DNA of 64,000 nucleotides from the human T2T-CHM13v2.0 reference genome, Homo sapiens, in NCBI RefSeq assembly GCF_009914755.1, contig NC_060931.1; one strand, given 5' to 3'. The stretch's first letter is position 1; every line of letters starts with the position of its first letter. The position numbers and the translations under genes are program-made. Below are positions 27,985-42,200 of the stretch, in pieces. The notes under the pieces were generated by a model. The model ran no database searches. It was not told the origin of the DNA and saw only the letters and a program-made list of their open reading frames with translations.

Positions 27985-29599
27985 GTAGGTGCCTGCTTGG
28001 CTTCTCACCACAGCTTGTTTTCTATGGTGATTGTGTTTAGAATAACAGGGGCGGTGGGGAAGGTGGGCAAAACCTGGGATGACTAATTGTTTTTCTCTTG
28101 TCTGTCCTGTGGCTTAGAGATAGCAGCCAGTATAGGGAGGCCGAGGGCGGGAGGAGGGGGACGGGATGTGACACAGCTGTTTGCTGCAGGGATGATGGTT
28201 ATTTCTAGCATCACTTGAGTTGAGAATCCCTGATGGGGGGGGAAGCAAACAGATCCTTTATGAGACAACTGAGTGTTCCTGTTCTCCTCTAGGAGACTTG
28301 GAACCATGGCACTTGCAAGCCCAATGGAGGTTCTTTTATAATAGTGGGGCGTATATTTGGGGATTGCTGGGAAGCTGTATACAGGTTATATTAATACCTC
28401 CACGTTTGTGGGTATGGAAAAGGATGAAACTGGATACTGGCTCTATTCTTTTCTATTTTTAAAAAGTCTCTGTTATGAGCTACTGTTGCTTTGTTTTCCC
28501 CTTTTGGGATTTAGGAATGTGTATTTCTGTGGCTAGCTGACAGTCTGTTTTCATTCTAGCTGATAAACCTTTAAAATGAATGCTCACTTCTATTTTGAAG
28601 ATTACCTACTTCCCTTTATCTTCATTGGAAGATAAAGTCCCATCACCAGTGTCTCAGTGTTTCCCCTAAGTTCGATTCCCTGCCCACTGTAAATACTGCA
28701 CATGTTCAGTGGTATTTGCTAGAATTTCTATTTATTTTTCAAATCTGTTCTAATGCTGTCTCCTTCTCTGCTGCGTTTTTCAAGCTTGTCTTCTGTTTCT
28801 TTGAACATAGTAAGCTTGGTTGCATAGTAGACTATGTCTGATGATATTTCATTTTGTAAGTCTGTTTGGTCTTCTTTTGTTTCTGCTAGTTCTCAAACCT
28901 GGTATCTTGTTTCTCTGTGTGTGGGATTATCTTTGTGTGCTAGTTATTGTATTTGAAAGTTTACATGTAGGAATAAAGTGAGGCCTGAGATGACAGTACC
29001 TTACTCCAGAGAGGATTTCTGTTTGCTTCCGTCAGGACTTGGGGGCCTATTAGTCTGAGACACCTTAGCACAGTTTAAGTCTTGTGGTTCTCTGATGGCT
29101 CCCGGGGGTGAGAAGGCAGGATGCGGGTCTGGCCTCCTGTGCCTCCTCCTCGTTCTGAGGGTGTGGGCCTCTGGGGGCCCAGCTTCAAGTGGGGATGGTG
29201 TATAGTCTGCTCCTTTGGAAAACTGTTAGAGTAGCCTGAGAAAGCAGTGAAGTTTCTAGCTGCTGCTTCCAGGTCAGCAAATGCCCCCAGGATAAAAGCA
29301 GCTTTTTATGTTTGGCTTACCCTCTCCTGGTTAATATTTTATATTTAAGAAGGTATTTTTCATATTTAATTCAGCTTTTTTTAGTCATTCTCAATGAAAG
29401 AGTTGGACCCAGTCACTTTGTGCACCATTGTAAGAAATGAGATTTCAGTGGCTTTTGTCACTCTGATTTGCTTAAGCAAATGACAGAAATCAAATAGAGT
29501 GACAAAAACCACTGAAATCCCTTTTTTGTTTGTTAATTTTCTAAGCCAGTTTGGCACATTCAAAATAGATACTTGACTTAAAAGTACCAGTCTGTCCCA

Positions 29600-30550
29600 C
29601 ATTCATTCATTCAATAAATATGTTTTGGGTACCCACTGGGTACATGGCACTGTGTACTGCATTGTTCCTGGCACTGGAACTAAAGCATGAGAAGCTTAGA
29701 TCTCACAGAGCCTGTGCTCCAGTGGGGGGAGACAGGATAGACAAGGACACACGTAATGTCGTGAAATGATGCTAGTAATTAAGTGCCAAAGAGAAAGGAA
29801 AGAAATCAGGGAATGGGGTAAAAAGTGTCAGGGGTCCTGGAATTTTTGAGTAGGGAACCAGGGAAGGCTTTGCTGAGAAGGTAACATTTGAGGAAAAACT
29901 TAGACTACAGAGTGGGCCATGAGAAAATCTAGGGGAATAGCATTTTCAGTAGAGAGAGCAGCAGGTATGAAGGCCTCGGGGTTGGACAACACCTGTGTCC
30001 GGGGAGCAGGAGCGGCCAGTGTGGCTGAAGGAATTAGAGAGAGGTGAGCTGGAGGAATTCCAGGAGTCACAGAAGGACATGGGCTCTTACTCTGGAGTGA
30101 TGGGGAGCCCCCCAAGGGGTTAGGCAGAAGAGGGATGTCACCTGACTTCACATCTTGAAAGCCTCCCTCTGATGACTGTGTTGAGAACAGGCTGTGTTAG
30201 GGGAGGGACAGAGAGGCCATTGAGGCCATTGCTGTCATCCAGGTGAGAGATAGTGGTGGCCTGGACTGGGACGGTCACGGCAGAGGCGGGGTGAGGGGTT
30301 GGATTCTGGAGATACCTTGAGAGTAGACCCAGCTGGACTTGCTGGTGGATCAGAAGTGGGATGTGGGAAAAAGGGAGAGAAGGCTGACCCTGAGTTTCTT
30401 GCCCAAGCAGTGAAGGGAATGGCCTAGTCATTTACTGAGATGGGGAAGGCTGCGGGGGCGGGTGGTGGGGAGTTTGGGGTTGGTAATGTCAGAGCTCAGT
30501 TTTGGACATGTCAGTGTTTTAAATGCCTGTTAGACATCGAAGAAGGGAGA
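29600..30550 (-). mobile_element. L2 fragment
   Basis: Begins with attcattcattcaataaatatg (antisense L2 3' end), followed by a purine-rich L2 body. Confidence 0.8.
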
Positions 30551-33500
30551 TCACATTAGGCAAAATTAAAAAGAAATGGATTCCTGTAAATTTTAACCAG
30601 AAGAATACCCGTTAGCAACTGAGGTTCGCTTTGCAGCAGGTTTCCTCACAGGGGCTCACTCATTGACCTGCCGCCAGCTGGTCTCTGTGGGTGTCGTCTG
30701 TGGTGGCAGGCAGCCTCCCCTCCCTGCAGAACTGGCTCACCTGGGAAGGGGAGCTCCAGCCGGGAGTCACTGTGCTGTTTTTCCTTACCGAGGCTCTGGT
30801 TGTATTTTGGCAACCAGGCTAGCCACGTTAAATGAGGAAACAAATGCGGTCCAAAAGAAATCCGGATGTGCAGCTGAAAGCAGTTGGATTGGTTGAGGAA
30901 GTTCTTTCAGGTGGCGCTGAGATGTGTCACGTGGGCCCACAGCTTTGGTGTGCTGTTGCTGGGCTTCCAGGTTTCCTTTCTGAAGTGGAACTTTACCTTG
31001 TGGGCAGGGATGTGGCTCCCCAGGTGAGGAGGCCTTGACGTGGCACAGCATGCCCTTTGGTGAGGAGGTTTGTGGGCTGGGCCGCCCTCTGGCAGGGCCG
31101 GTTTACCCCTGAGGGCAAGGCTGGTGGGAGGCACCTTCCCGGACTGGTAAAGATGAAGTGCTGAAGGCCTCAAGTTTCTCCCAGTCAGGATGCGCCCCAG
31201 ACTGAATGAGAGGGAGCGTCACAAACCCGAATAAAGGACCACAGAGATCCCTGGAGAAACTTTGACACTCTCCACCTCCACCAAATCGAGCACTGCTTCC
31301 CAATGGCACCATTTATCTGTTTGTTTTACGTAAGGGAGGTTTGTTACAGATAAGACATAGGTAGGGGTTTTGTTGCTGTCATCACAGTTGAACGTATTTG
31401 TTGAAACGCTTACCCAGATGCTACAGGTTATCAAGTGGGTAAAACCAGCACATCATTTCCCTGAAAATACATGGGAATCTGATCAATCCATGCAGCTGCT
31501 TTTTTGTTTATCGTGGGCCAGCCCCAGGAGGAGTGTTTTTACCTTCATCTTAGAGCAGTCCCCTGCTCTGCCTACTGCACTCTACTGGTTCTTGGGAGAG
31601 CTATTTCTGTGAGCATGTTCTGCAGGGGGTTGCTTGTCATCTCTTAACCCAATTATGAGGGAACAGGTACTACAGTCATGAAGAACCCAAGGTCTGTTGT
31701 CAGGCTACCCGGATTTAAGTCTCAGTTCTACCACTTGCTGGCTGTGTGACCTTAGACAAGTTACTTAACCTCTCTGTTTCTCAGTTCATTTGTAAAATTA
31801 GAAAATTAATGATGATAGTTCCCTTAGGGTTGCAGTGAAGATTAATGGAGTTTTTGTTGGGTACTCAGTGCAGTGCGTTATCCACGGTAGGCACTAAGTC
31901 AATGTTAGTATGATGTGGATAGGATGAGGATACTAGACAAAATACTGTGGAGAAGTGAGCAGGTTACCGTTGGGGGGAACCTTAGATTATTGGTGGAGAG
32001 AGAAAACAATTTGCTAAGTGATTTCAACATGAAAAGGCATTAGAAGGGTAAGTCAAAAGTTTATCAACATTGGTTTTGGTAAAATTACAAGCATTCACTG
32101 AGTACCTGATCCACACGACTCACTGTGCTAGAGGCTAGGACTCCATAGAGGACCAGTGGATGCACCTGTCCTCCCAGAGGGGCACGTGGCCAAAGCGCTC
32201 AGGGTTATGGATGATTTTTTATTTTCTTCTTTTCCACATTTTCTAAGTTTTCTATGATCACATTATCAGAAAATATATTTTTTAATGAAACTGTGGCTTC
32301 CAGCGTATTCGAAGGGCTAGGAGTATCAGTGTGAGCAGGCTCATTGAGGAACAAAGCCAGGCAGTGGCTTCATGAGGAGGTGGGACTGAAGAATAGCCGG
32401 ACCTAGACGTGCTCAGAGCAGGGGCAGGGCTGGCCCAGGAGGAAGTCCAGGAAGCGTCCATCTTGGCTGCCTCAGCTCCGTTTCCTTAGAAATGGCTCCA
32501 TGTGGTGGAAGGTAGATCGGCTCTGCCCTGTTTTGCTCCCATGCTGTGTGGCCTCTAACAGGTACACTTGGCCTCAGTGTCCCCAGCTTTAAAATGGGGG
32601 CAATACTGATTTAGCTGTCTTGTGGATTCATGGGGAACTTTGAAGTCAGACTGAGAACCCAAAGGATTGTCAAAACCCAGACACTCTGCTAAATTTAGTC
32701 TCAGTTTCTGGCTCCTAACAGGTATTAGGAAATGTTTATTGGATGGGTAAATGACTGTGGATGCAGCCGGCCACCTTCCCTCGAGTGACCCACATTCTAC
32801 TCCACTCCAGTGACCTCCTACTTGCTAATGTTGATTGCTCAGAGAGGTATGATTTTTACCTATTTTTTCTTGCTACTGGCATGTCGTATCCAAATGGCAC
32901 ATGTATGCACATGACAATGCCAGGCAGGCTGTTGTTGGCATCCACGAGCAGGTACTGCTACTTGTAGTGGTTTCAGAAACCCCCATCAATCACTTTGGTA
33001 AGTGTGAGTTGGATAATCGTCAGAACCTTGCATTTTTCTTAAGTGACCCTCCATTGACAGTTGCTGGTCATACACGATTGAGCTGGAGAATGAAACAATG
33101 GTTACGGACCTAAATAATGGTGATCATGCCGTTCAGTTTTCCCCACCATCTTTTCATGTTTTATATTTAGTGTCAACTGACAGACTTACTGCTGGGTAGA
33201 AAACAGTTTACAAGAGAAGAAATAGCCTACTATTTCCAATTTAGCAGTGAAACTAGACTTTATCTTTGCCCTTTCGAATTCTCTCAAAGTGTTATGGGCT
33301 TAACAAGGAACTATTGCTTCCTCGAGTGTGTTCTTCTCCTTACCAACGCTGTGGACATTAGGGTCCTGAGTCCCCTATTGCTCTTGCAGTTTTTTGTGCT
33401 GTTTGGTTGTTGTTGCTTCCATGGCCCGGCCTGGAGTTGGGTCCTGTGGTCCTTGTAGATTCTCACTCAGTTGGCCCAAGTCCTCTCCTGGGCTTGCTGT

Positions 33501-35356
33501 GTGACTCTGCGTTTCTTCTCTCAAGAAAGAGACATTTCTGCCAGAAAAATCCCCCTAATTCTGGTTCACTGGCATAAGCAAGATTGATATTTTCAGTTTG
33601 CCACAAGTGGCTGGAGAGCTGCGGCTTAAATCCCACAGGAAAATCCTGTGTCCCAGAAAAAGTCCAATTCTTGCCTCTACTCATGGAGTCTGGTCAAGAG
33701 CCTGGAAAAGAGAAAGAATCCACCTGTCAGAAGCTGCCTGGGTGGATCAGGGAAAGTCTGATGAGAAAAGATTATGCACACATGTGGGTTTCATAATAAA
33801 CATGGAATATTGACAGTTTATCTTTTTTTTCTTTTTTCCTTTTTTTTTTTCTCATTCATGTTATGAACATTCAAACCATTCTCTTTTTTTAGAGAGTATG
33901 ATGGCCTCAAAAGGTAAGAGAGTGCCTCCTCCTGCCCATTGTGCTGCATCCATCTTGCCACCCTTTTTTCCTTAGGGTCAAGAAGACTGACTGACAGACC
34001 AGGACCCCACCAGGGGTTTCCCCATACCGCCAGCATCATAATCATGAAGATATATGGTGCCACATTTCCCAAATGCTTTAGAGTCCTACCACCCCTGGCT
34101 CTTGGACTAACAGTATTCCCATCACCTGGGAGTGTGTTAGAGATGCAGAATTGGGTCCCACTTGAGACCTGTTGAATCATCATCTGCGTTTGAGGTAGAT
34201 TGCTGAGCACATTATCCACACCTACACATAGTGAAGGAGAAGAGAGACTGCCTAAGGGGAGTCCCTGGAAGGTACATACAAGGATCTCTGAAGCCACAGG
34301 GCACTTGCTCGATGCACAAAAGCCATGGTTGATTGGCCGTGCTCTCCAGGGTACAGACACCACCTCCCCTTCCTTTATGAAGACCTTCTAGCCCACTGTG
34401 CTGAGTGCCCCCTCCAGAGACAGTAGCTGCTAAATGCCACCTCAATATGGCCTCACATAGTTTACACTATTATCCAAAAGACCTGTAGTCGGCCCTACAG
34501 ATAACAGATACTCTCTTGGGTCTGAGGAACTGAATTCTCCAGAGTTGGCAGCTCTGCCTTTCTGGTGCAACCTGTTTGGATAGATGGGCCCCAGCAGTGC
34601 TTATGTGATCACCGATAGCTCACAGGAAGCTTTGTGGACAGTGAGACACTGGAAATGCTAACTCTCTTGTCCAGAGTGAGCATAAACTATTTTCCCAGTC
34701 AGCTGAAAAAAAATTCACTGAAATAGGAATAAATGATTATAACTGTCAGGAATAATTTAAATATACCAGTCACTTTCGTTTTTTGGCCCACCTTTTTGGT
34801 ATGAGAATGTGTGGTTGCAGTAAAAGCCAGGGCTCCAGAATTCTTCCCAGTCTGTGTGTACGCCTGTCTCTTCTTGACTGTTGAAAATTGGGATCCAGAA
34901 GTTAAATTTAGACTTGCCCACCATAGGTGGGATTAAGCATAGAGGTGAGGATGCTAGATTACTACATATCTGTAAGATATGTCCCTTAGAATTCCAGGCA
35001 GTCTATTTCTGGTGCTTTCTATCCATGCTTCCAAATTGTCCCTCCTCACAAATTTAGACATTAGCATTTCATATTGCATTTTTAAAAAAGATTTATTCCC
35101 CAGCGGAAAACATTGAAACCTCCAGCTAATAGGAACAGCATTAACAGCTGAATGGGAGTCTCCTGGGTGGCCTGGTGGGTAGGGGTGTGAAGTCTGCTGT
35201 CAGATCACCCAGGTTTGAATTGAATCCTGGCTCTGCCACTTACTGGGTGACTCTAGGCAAGTTACTCAACCTCTTCAGGTCTTATCTGTAAAAGGGGGAC
35301 AATAAAAGTGTCCAACACAAGGTCATTATGAGGAGCAAAGGAGTTAATGTGTGTAA

Positions 35357-36130
<774 letters not shown>

Positions 36131-38068
36131 TAGTTCCTTAGAGATAATATAGCTAGATTACATCACATCACATCACGTGTAGTTACATAAGGCTCCATAG
36201 TTTGCAGATCATGGCTGCCTTCAATCTCTCATGTCATCTCCATAGTTACTCTGTGAGATAGAGCAGGTATCATGGCGCTTTACAGAGAAGGACATTGAGG
36301 GTCAGCAAGGTGGTGACTTGGCAGAGGTCTCCAGCTAACTAGAGCTCTGGCCTCTGGACTCTAGTGCCAGTGTCTTTTTCCACACACCCTCTCAATAAAT
36401 CTGTAGACCCTACACTAAGGTGCCTCCAAATTCCAGAAGGCCACAGAGAACTGCCTCTCCTCTCCCCTTTCCAGAAGGGCAGTGAGTGAGCAGCTCTTGA
36501 AAGAGCAGTCAGAAAACTTCCAGCCTGGGGACCTGTCAGTAGATGTGCTGGTTTCATCTGAGGTAAGGTAGGGAGCTGGAAAAAGGAACTGCAGAAGAGA
36601 GGTGGTCATGGCTATGTGCTTGGTTTCCTGGGTCTTTTTCAATAAGGTACCCTAAGCTGAAGAGAGGGAGGGTGTTGAGTGCTACCTATGGTTTGGGTCA
36701 GTATGAATCACCTAGGGGTGTTATGGAACAGAATCGCCCATGGTACATCTCTTTTGGATAAAGATGGCAAATATGCAGATGCACACCTCAGCTGCGCCCT
36801 TTTCATGCAGGACAGCCATTGCTAGTTGACCACAGTGTTTTCCACGGGGCCTCAGAATCCTGAAACTCCAGGCAGCCACTCCCTGTCAGGTCTGTTAAGT
36901 GAGAGGGAACCAACTGGTCATTTCTCTTTAGTGACATCCCTTCAATACAATGAACAATTATATATATTGTTTAGGTAATTTTGGAGTTCCTGGTGGTGGC
37001 GATAGTATTTATATTTTACCAGCTATTTAAATGTTACCACTTATTTGACACTTTTACCTTGCTATGTCATCGAGCAGCTCTCCAAATAAAAAATTGACCA
37101 CCAAGTGTAGTCATCGACGTGCCTTACGACTAGTCATCTTTTCTCTCTTTAGAGGCAAACTTGGTTTTTTATTCCATTTACTAAAATCTGCAAGGGAGAC
37201 AGGAGCCGGAAAAAGAGACTTTCTTCTCCCAAGCACACTCAAGATTGGAGCACCCTCTCCGGGGAGCTGAGAGCGCTCTTCCTGCCCTTCCCCTCTACAT
37301 CCGCAGAGTCTCTGAGGCAGCTGTGGCATGCTCAGCTCTAAGGGGCGAGCGTGTGTCTGCAGTTGACTGTGTACGCCTTGGCAAGCCACAGGCAGAGTGT
37401 GACCAACAATGCCTAGCAGATGATTTTGTCCTGAATGTGTTCATAGGGTGCTGGGAGACCTGGGAGAGCTGCAGCTGGAGAACTTCAGAGTGAAGGCATT
37501 ATTTTCATCAGGACTCTGCTTTCTCTTTCCCCATTTCAGCCGTGGAGGGAGTGAGAGAGGAAGGGGGTGGCAGGACACCAGGGAGGCAATGCAATTGAAC
37601 AGAATGGTCAGTCTTCTTTTTACTGTCTTGATGCAGTTAGTGTTTAGATCATTAGGGCCACTCAGTGAAGGTGCTTGAAATTGATGGCCCTGGACACCCC
37701 TATGTAAGAAGTCCTTGGGCCACAAACAGACTGTAGATCTCATGAAGGCACCAGGAGACAGAAGCCTGGTTATCACAGGCAGGTCCGACAGCTAGGGTTG
37801 TGGCTTCTTGCCTGCACCAGGAGGTGGTGTTCATACTGATCAGGCCTAGCAAATGGCACTTGGTTTCTAACCAAAGACCAGCCAGTGCTTTAAAAAACGA
37901 TGTTTATTTTGAACGTCCCACATAATTATACAGCAATTGGAAAATACAAAAAGATAAAAAGGAAAAAATTACCCATAATCTCACAATCTTAAAAAAAACC
38001 TTAAAATTGGGGTGTATTTTACTGAAGTCTTTTTTCTATGCATATGTGTATAAATTTTAAGAACTCCG

Positions 38069-38526
<458 letters not shown>

Positions 38527-39123
38527 TCATAATAAAAGTGCAATTTTGTCATGCTTTTTTTACACTTATGTGCATCTTTTTAATGTCATCAAGTCATTCA
38601 AAAATGCCATTTTGAGTGGATATATAAGATTCCATTTCAATAACACCATAACCATTTTGCTGTTGAACATTTTAGTTGTCTCTAGATTTTTAGAAATGTG
38701 TTATAAATAATAGCACCAATAAATAATAGCACCGTGTGTTTTTAGGACAGAAAATACAGAATCAGTTTTTGACATCTTGGTGGGACAGTGAGCACAGTTC
38801 ATTTCATACGACTGCTGACATCCCAGATGTGTGTGTGGGCACATAGCTAGCTCTCTGTGCATATGTGGTGCCACATTTTGATACTTAAAAATAGAGACTC
38901 TCCAGGCTCCCCAGTAAAACCTAGCCCTTTGGGCACTAATCCATTGAAAGATTGACATTTCCGTCTAACAAGTTTATGAAAATCATTGTAGGGGTGGTTG
39001 ACGGGGAAGTCTGCAGCTGCTGGGTTAAGTACTCTTTAATGTGGATCCGATGCCTTTGGTTGTCTTCCTGCCTGTGGGCCATTTGGCGCTCACAGCTGCT
39101 TTTCTCTTGTTCTCTCCCTGTAG

Positions 39124-39234
39124 TTACTGGGGCTTCCGGATGCAGATGACGATGCGTTTGAAGAGTACAGTGCTGACGTGGAAGAAGAGGAGCCAGAGGC
39201 GGACCACCCCCAGATGGGGGTCAGCCAGCAGTAA
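39124..39234 (+). CDS. MTURN: Maturin coding exon 3 (LLGLPDADDDAFEEYSADVEEEEPEADHPQMGVSQQ*), acidic tail
   Basis: Long pyrimidine tract plus TAG acceptor ending at 39123; 36 codons plus TAA (39232-39234); spliced total is 131 aa. Confidence 0.96.
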   Translation, partial: LLGLPDADDDAFEEYSADVEEEEPEADHPQMGVSQQ

Positions 39235-42200
39235 ATCTGGGGGCTCCCCTGAGAAGGAGAGTGAGCCCCACAGTAACCTAGGTGGGGTCACTGCCCCTCC
39301 TGGGTTAGCATTTTGCATTAGCACTTCGAAATAGGACATCTGGCTCCCAGCATCCAAATTAAAATGAAATACCTTTTTAACGACCACAAAATATCTGTGA
39401 TGAGCTTTGCTCAGAAGTGACCTGAATTTCACTCCCGCTTCAGTGGGGTTTCTATGGAGTTGTCTTGGTAGCCTTTGCCATTTTGAATTTAGAGTCCATT
39501 TTGTGGCTGACTATTCTCTTAAGTTTATGTTGGAGAATTAACATTCGCTGACTCGAATGTAGAGAACTCTGAATGTATTAAGGATAGGTTTTGAGTCCTC
39601 ACAGGTGACCTTACTGAGGGAAAGCATGGCAGAGAAGAAATGCAGTCTGCACTTTTTATGTACTTTTTAAGTGTCCGTAAGTGAAAGGTTTTGCTTATAA
39701 AGCATGAATTTTAATATCTAGTCATTAAACTGCACAAGTGCAAATACAAGGGCAGGAAAGGATAATCACTTAGCTTTGGACTAAGAGGGTAAGAGAGGCC
39801 CAGAAGCCTTTAAGTGTTTTGCCATTACTGAGTTACCTGGGTATGTAGCGACTGGTTCGTGGTTAGGTGTAAATGTTACTTGCTTGTTCGACTGTTTCAA
39901 AACATGCTAATTCCAAAGCCACTTTTGAAGTCTATAGTGGAAAATATAGATGGGGTGAAAGATATAATGTATTGATTTTTAAAGCTGTTTATAAGCCGTC
40001 CCACGTATAAAATGAAACATTTTACCTTCTCTCTTTCTAATGAGATGGCCGCTTGTTAAATCATGAAAACATCCAGAATTCAAGTGCCGCTTAAACTTTG
40101 AAGCCATAGATAAATTTGTTAGAAAAGTAAACCAGGATTAAAAGTTTTTAAAAATATGGTAGAATCCTTCTTTACTTTTTAAGTCTTTTATTTAAAAAAA
40201 AAAAGTCAAAAAAAGGATTCCATTGTGTAATTTATTTAAAAATTTAATCACATGTTTCGAGGGACTTAATTGTGGTGTATTTGTAAAGGGACACGAAGGT
40301 AGGAATCTTTTAATCGTGGGTTAGCTTGGTTAACAGGGAACGTTTTAATAATCAAGATACTCAGACAACTCACAGAAACAACTTCTGTAATAACTGGAAA
40401 TACTGCTGTTATCGTTTAGCCAACAATTACTTACTGGGGACATCCTTTGTAATGCTAACATGGAATTATTCCTGGACCCTTCTGCATCCCTGGTTTTAGT
40501 TAACCTAGGATGCGGAATGCCTCCTTTACAACACTAGATTAAACCTAGCATCTGGGGTGGGTACGTTTAAACAGTCACACATGTGCCTGTTAGGTTGTGA
40601 AAGTTTTGAATTAAAAACAAGCAGTAGCAGCAGAGGCCACAGAACTTATGGGAGTCTTGTATATCTTCCAGGCATGTCGGTGTAAACCTGATTGTCTCGA
40701 CATTTTCTGTTTAATTGATTGGTGCTGTGAGGAGTTCGGCTGCTCGTGGTAAAACAGCGTACTCCAGTTTTAAGTCATCGGGTAAAATAATAGGACAGTG
40801 ATTTCCATCTGTGCTTCAGTACCCACTTTGTGTTCTTTTCTTGAAAAGTCATACTAAAGGTTAATTTCAAGTAAAATGAATTTCCTTCCAAGTAGCCTAT
40901 TAGTAAAACACAACTTAGTGTTTCATCCATTGGGGTGAGCATATACTGCCCTTTGCAGCCCTGCCTGTGTTCTGATTGGCTCCATTCATGAGCAAAGGTG
41001 ATTGTGAGCTGTATATTACACAGGTGTCGCCCAGGTTTCGTAACCTCCACTTTAATGCAGTAAGCCGCAAGAATGACTTCTGCAAGTGAAATGAGGAAGC
41101 TTCACTAGCTTGCTCCATTGGAAGGTAAACTGAAATTTTATACGTTGAAGCTTAAAATCTAAATTTATGTATGTTTGGAAATGGAATGGACATTAACATA
41201 AAATGTATTTTATCAAAAAAGTGTTTAGACTTTGACCAAATACATGTTGGTATTATCATGTTAATGTTCTCTGTTTATAAAAATTGAGTGGAGATAGATA
41301 GACTCGGCCATTCTGTGGGCTGATGAGAATTCTGGGCTTTGTTTTGCACCAGGGGTAGGAAACAGAGAACATGTCTGTATGTTACTTAATCTCCATAGCA
41401 AAATCCCAAACAGCATTAGCAGATCGAATTGTTTCTTCTAAGACTTCCTTTTTCTGAATGTGTGCACATCCCTTCTCGTGCTCACACACTTGCCCACACA
41501 CTCACTTCTTCCTGCGCTGTGGCTGCTCTAAGCAGGGCTGTGCATGGTGCAAAGCTGCAGTCAGTGAGCCTGGCAGCCTGTGGTTTCTGTTATGGAAATG
41601 GTTCCATGGTGAAACACATCCCTGACCCTTCACAGACTTACACATTTACTCACCAGGAGGTGGCAGCGGTGTGGGAGGAGGAGTGTTGACCTTGGACGCA
41701 GGAGAGACACCTGGGTTCTAGTTCAAGTCGGCCAAGGACTGTGTGACCTTGACAAGTCTAACTGGTCTGTGAACAAGGGGCATTTGCCCTTCCAGCTGTA
41801 AACACTGCCCTTCTGTGCCTGCCTTATGTGTGTGTGTGAGTAAGGAGCAACAGTCAAGGAAACTTTTAGGGATTCGAGAAGAAAATACATGTGGGATCTT
41901 GCCAAGGTGCTGCCTTTAGGATGCTGACCCCTGCACTACCTTAGAACATGTTGATCTGTGAGTGCCCAAGCCCCTGAGGGCTCGATCTCATGGGGCAGAT
42001 GAAATTCTCTTCCTTAGAGGAAAGGGAAAGGTGAGGCCCCAGAGGACTTATCTCAGCTGTACATGCTCTGCCTGTGGAGACATGGCTTTTCTTTGTGCTG
42101 TGGCAGACTGGGGCTTTGGAAGTGGTGTATGTTTAACTTACCTGAGAGTGAGAGATGTGTAGGAAGAATAGCTGGAAGAAAGTGAAAGATGAGTGCCAGT

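Noticed and set aside
27985-27992. Tandem donor GTAG-GT and an upstream acceptor at 39095
   Set aside because: Shifts of 4 and 28 nt break the frame, and the sequence gives no support for their use.
33818-34363. 181-aa minus-strand ORF in intron 2
   Set aside because: It crosses a MER5-like fragment and a T-tract, and has no splice context or recognisable domain.
38703-38733. Short tandem duplication ATAAATAATAGCACC x2 (and GGAA(T/C) repeats at ~61195)
   Set aside because: Ordinary slippage products.
39232-39245. Stop-codon readthrough of MTURN
   Set aside because: TAA-ATC is not a leaky context such as TGA-CTAG.
40195-40213. A-tract resembling a transcript end
   Set aside because: Genomic A-run, a likely oligo-dT internal priming site rather than evidence of a poly(A) site.
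39649-41826. Single miRNA seed matches (GCACTTT at 39649, TGCCTTA at 41820)
   Set aside because: 7-mers are expected by chance in a 5 kb UTR and conservation cannot be assessed here.
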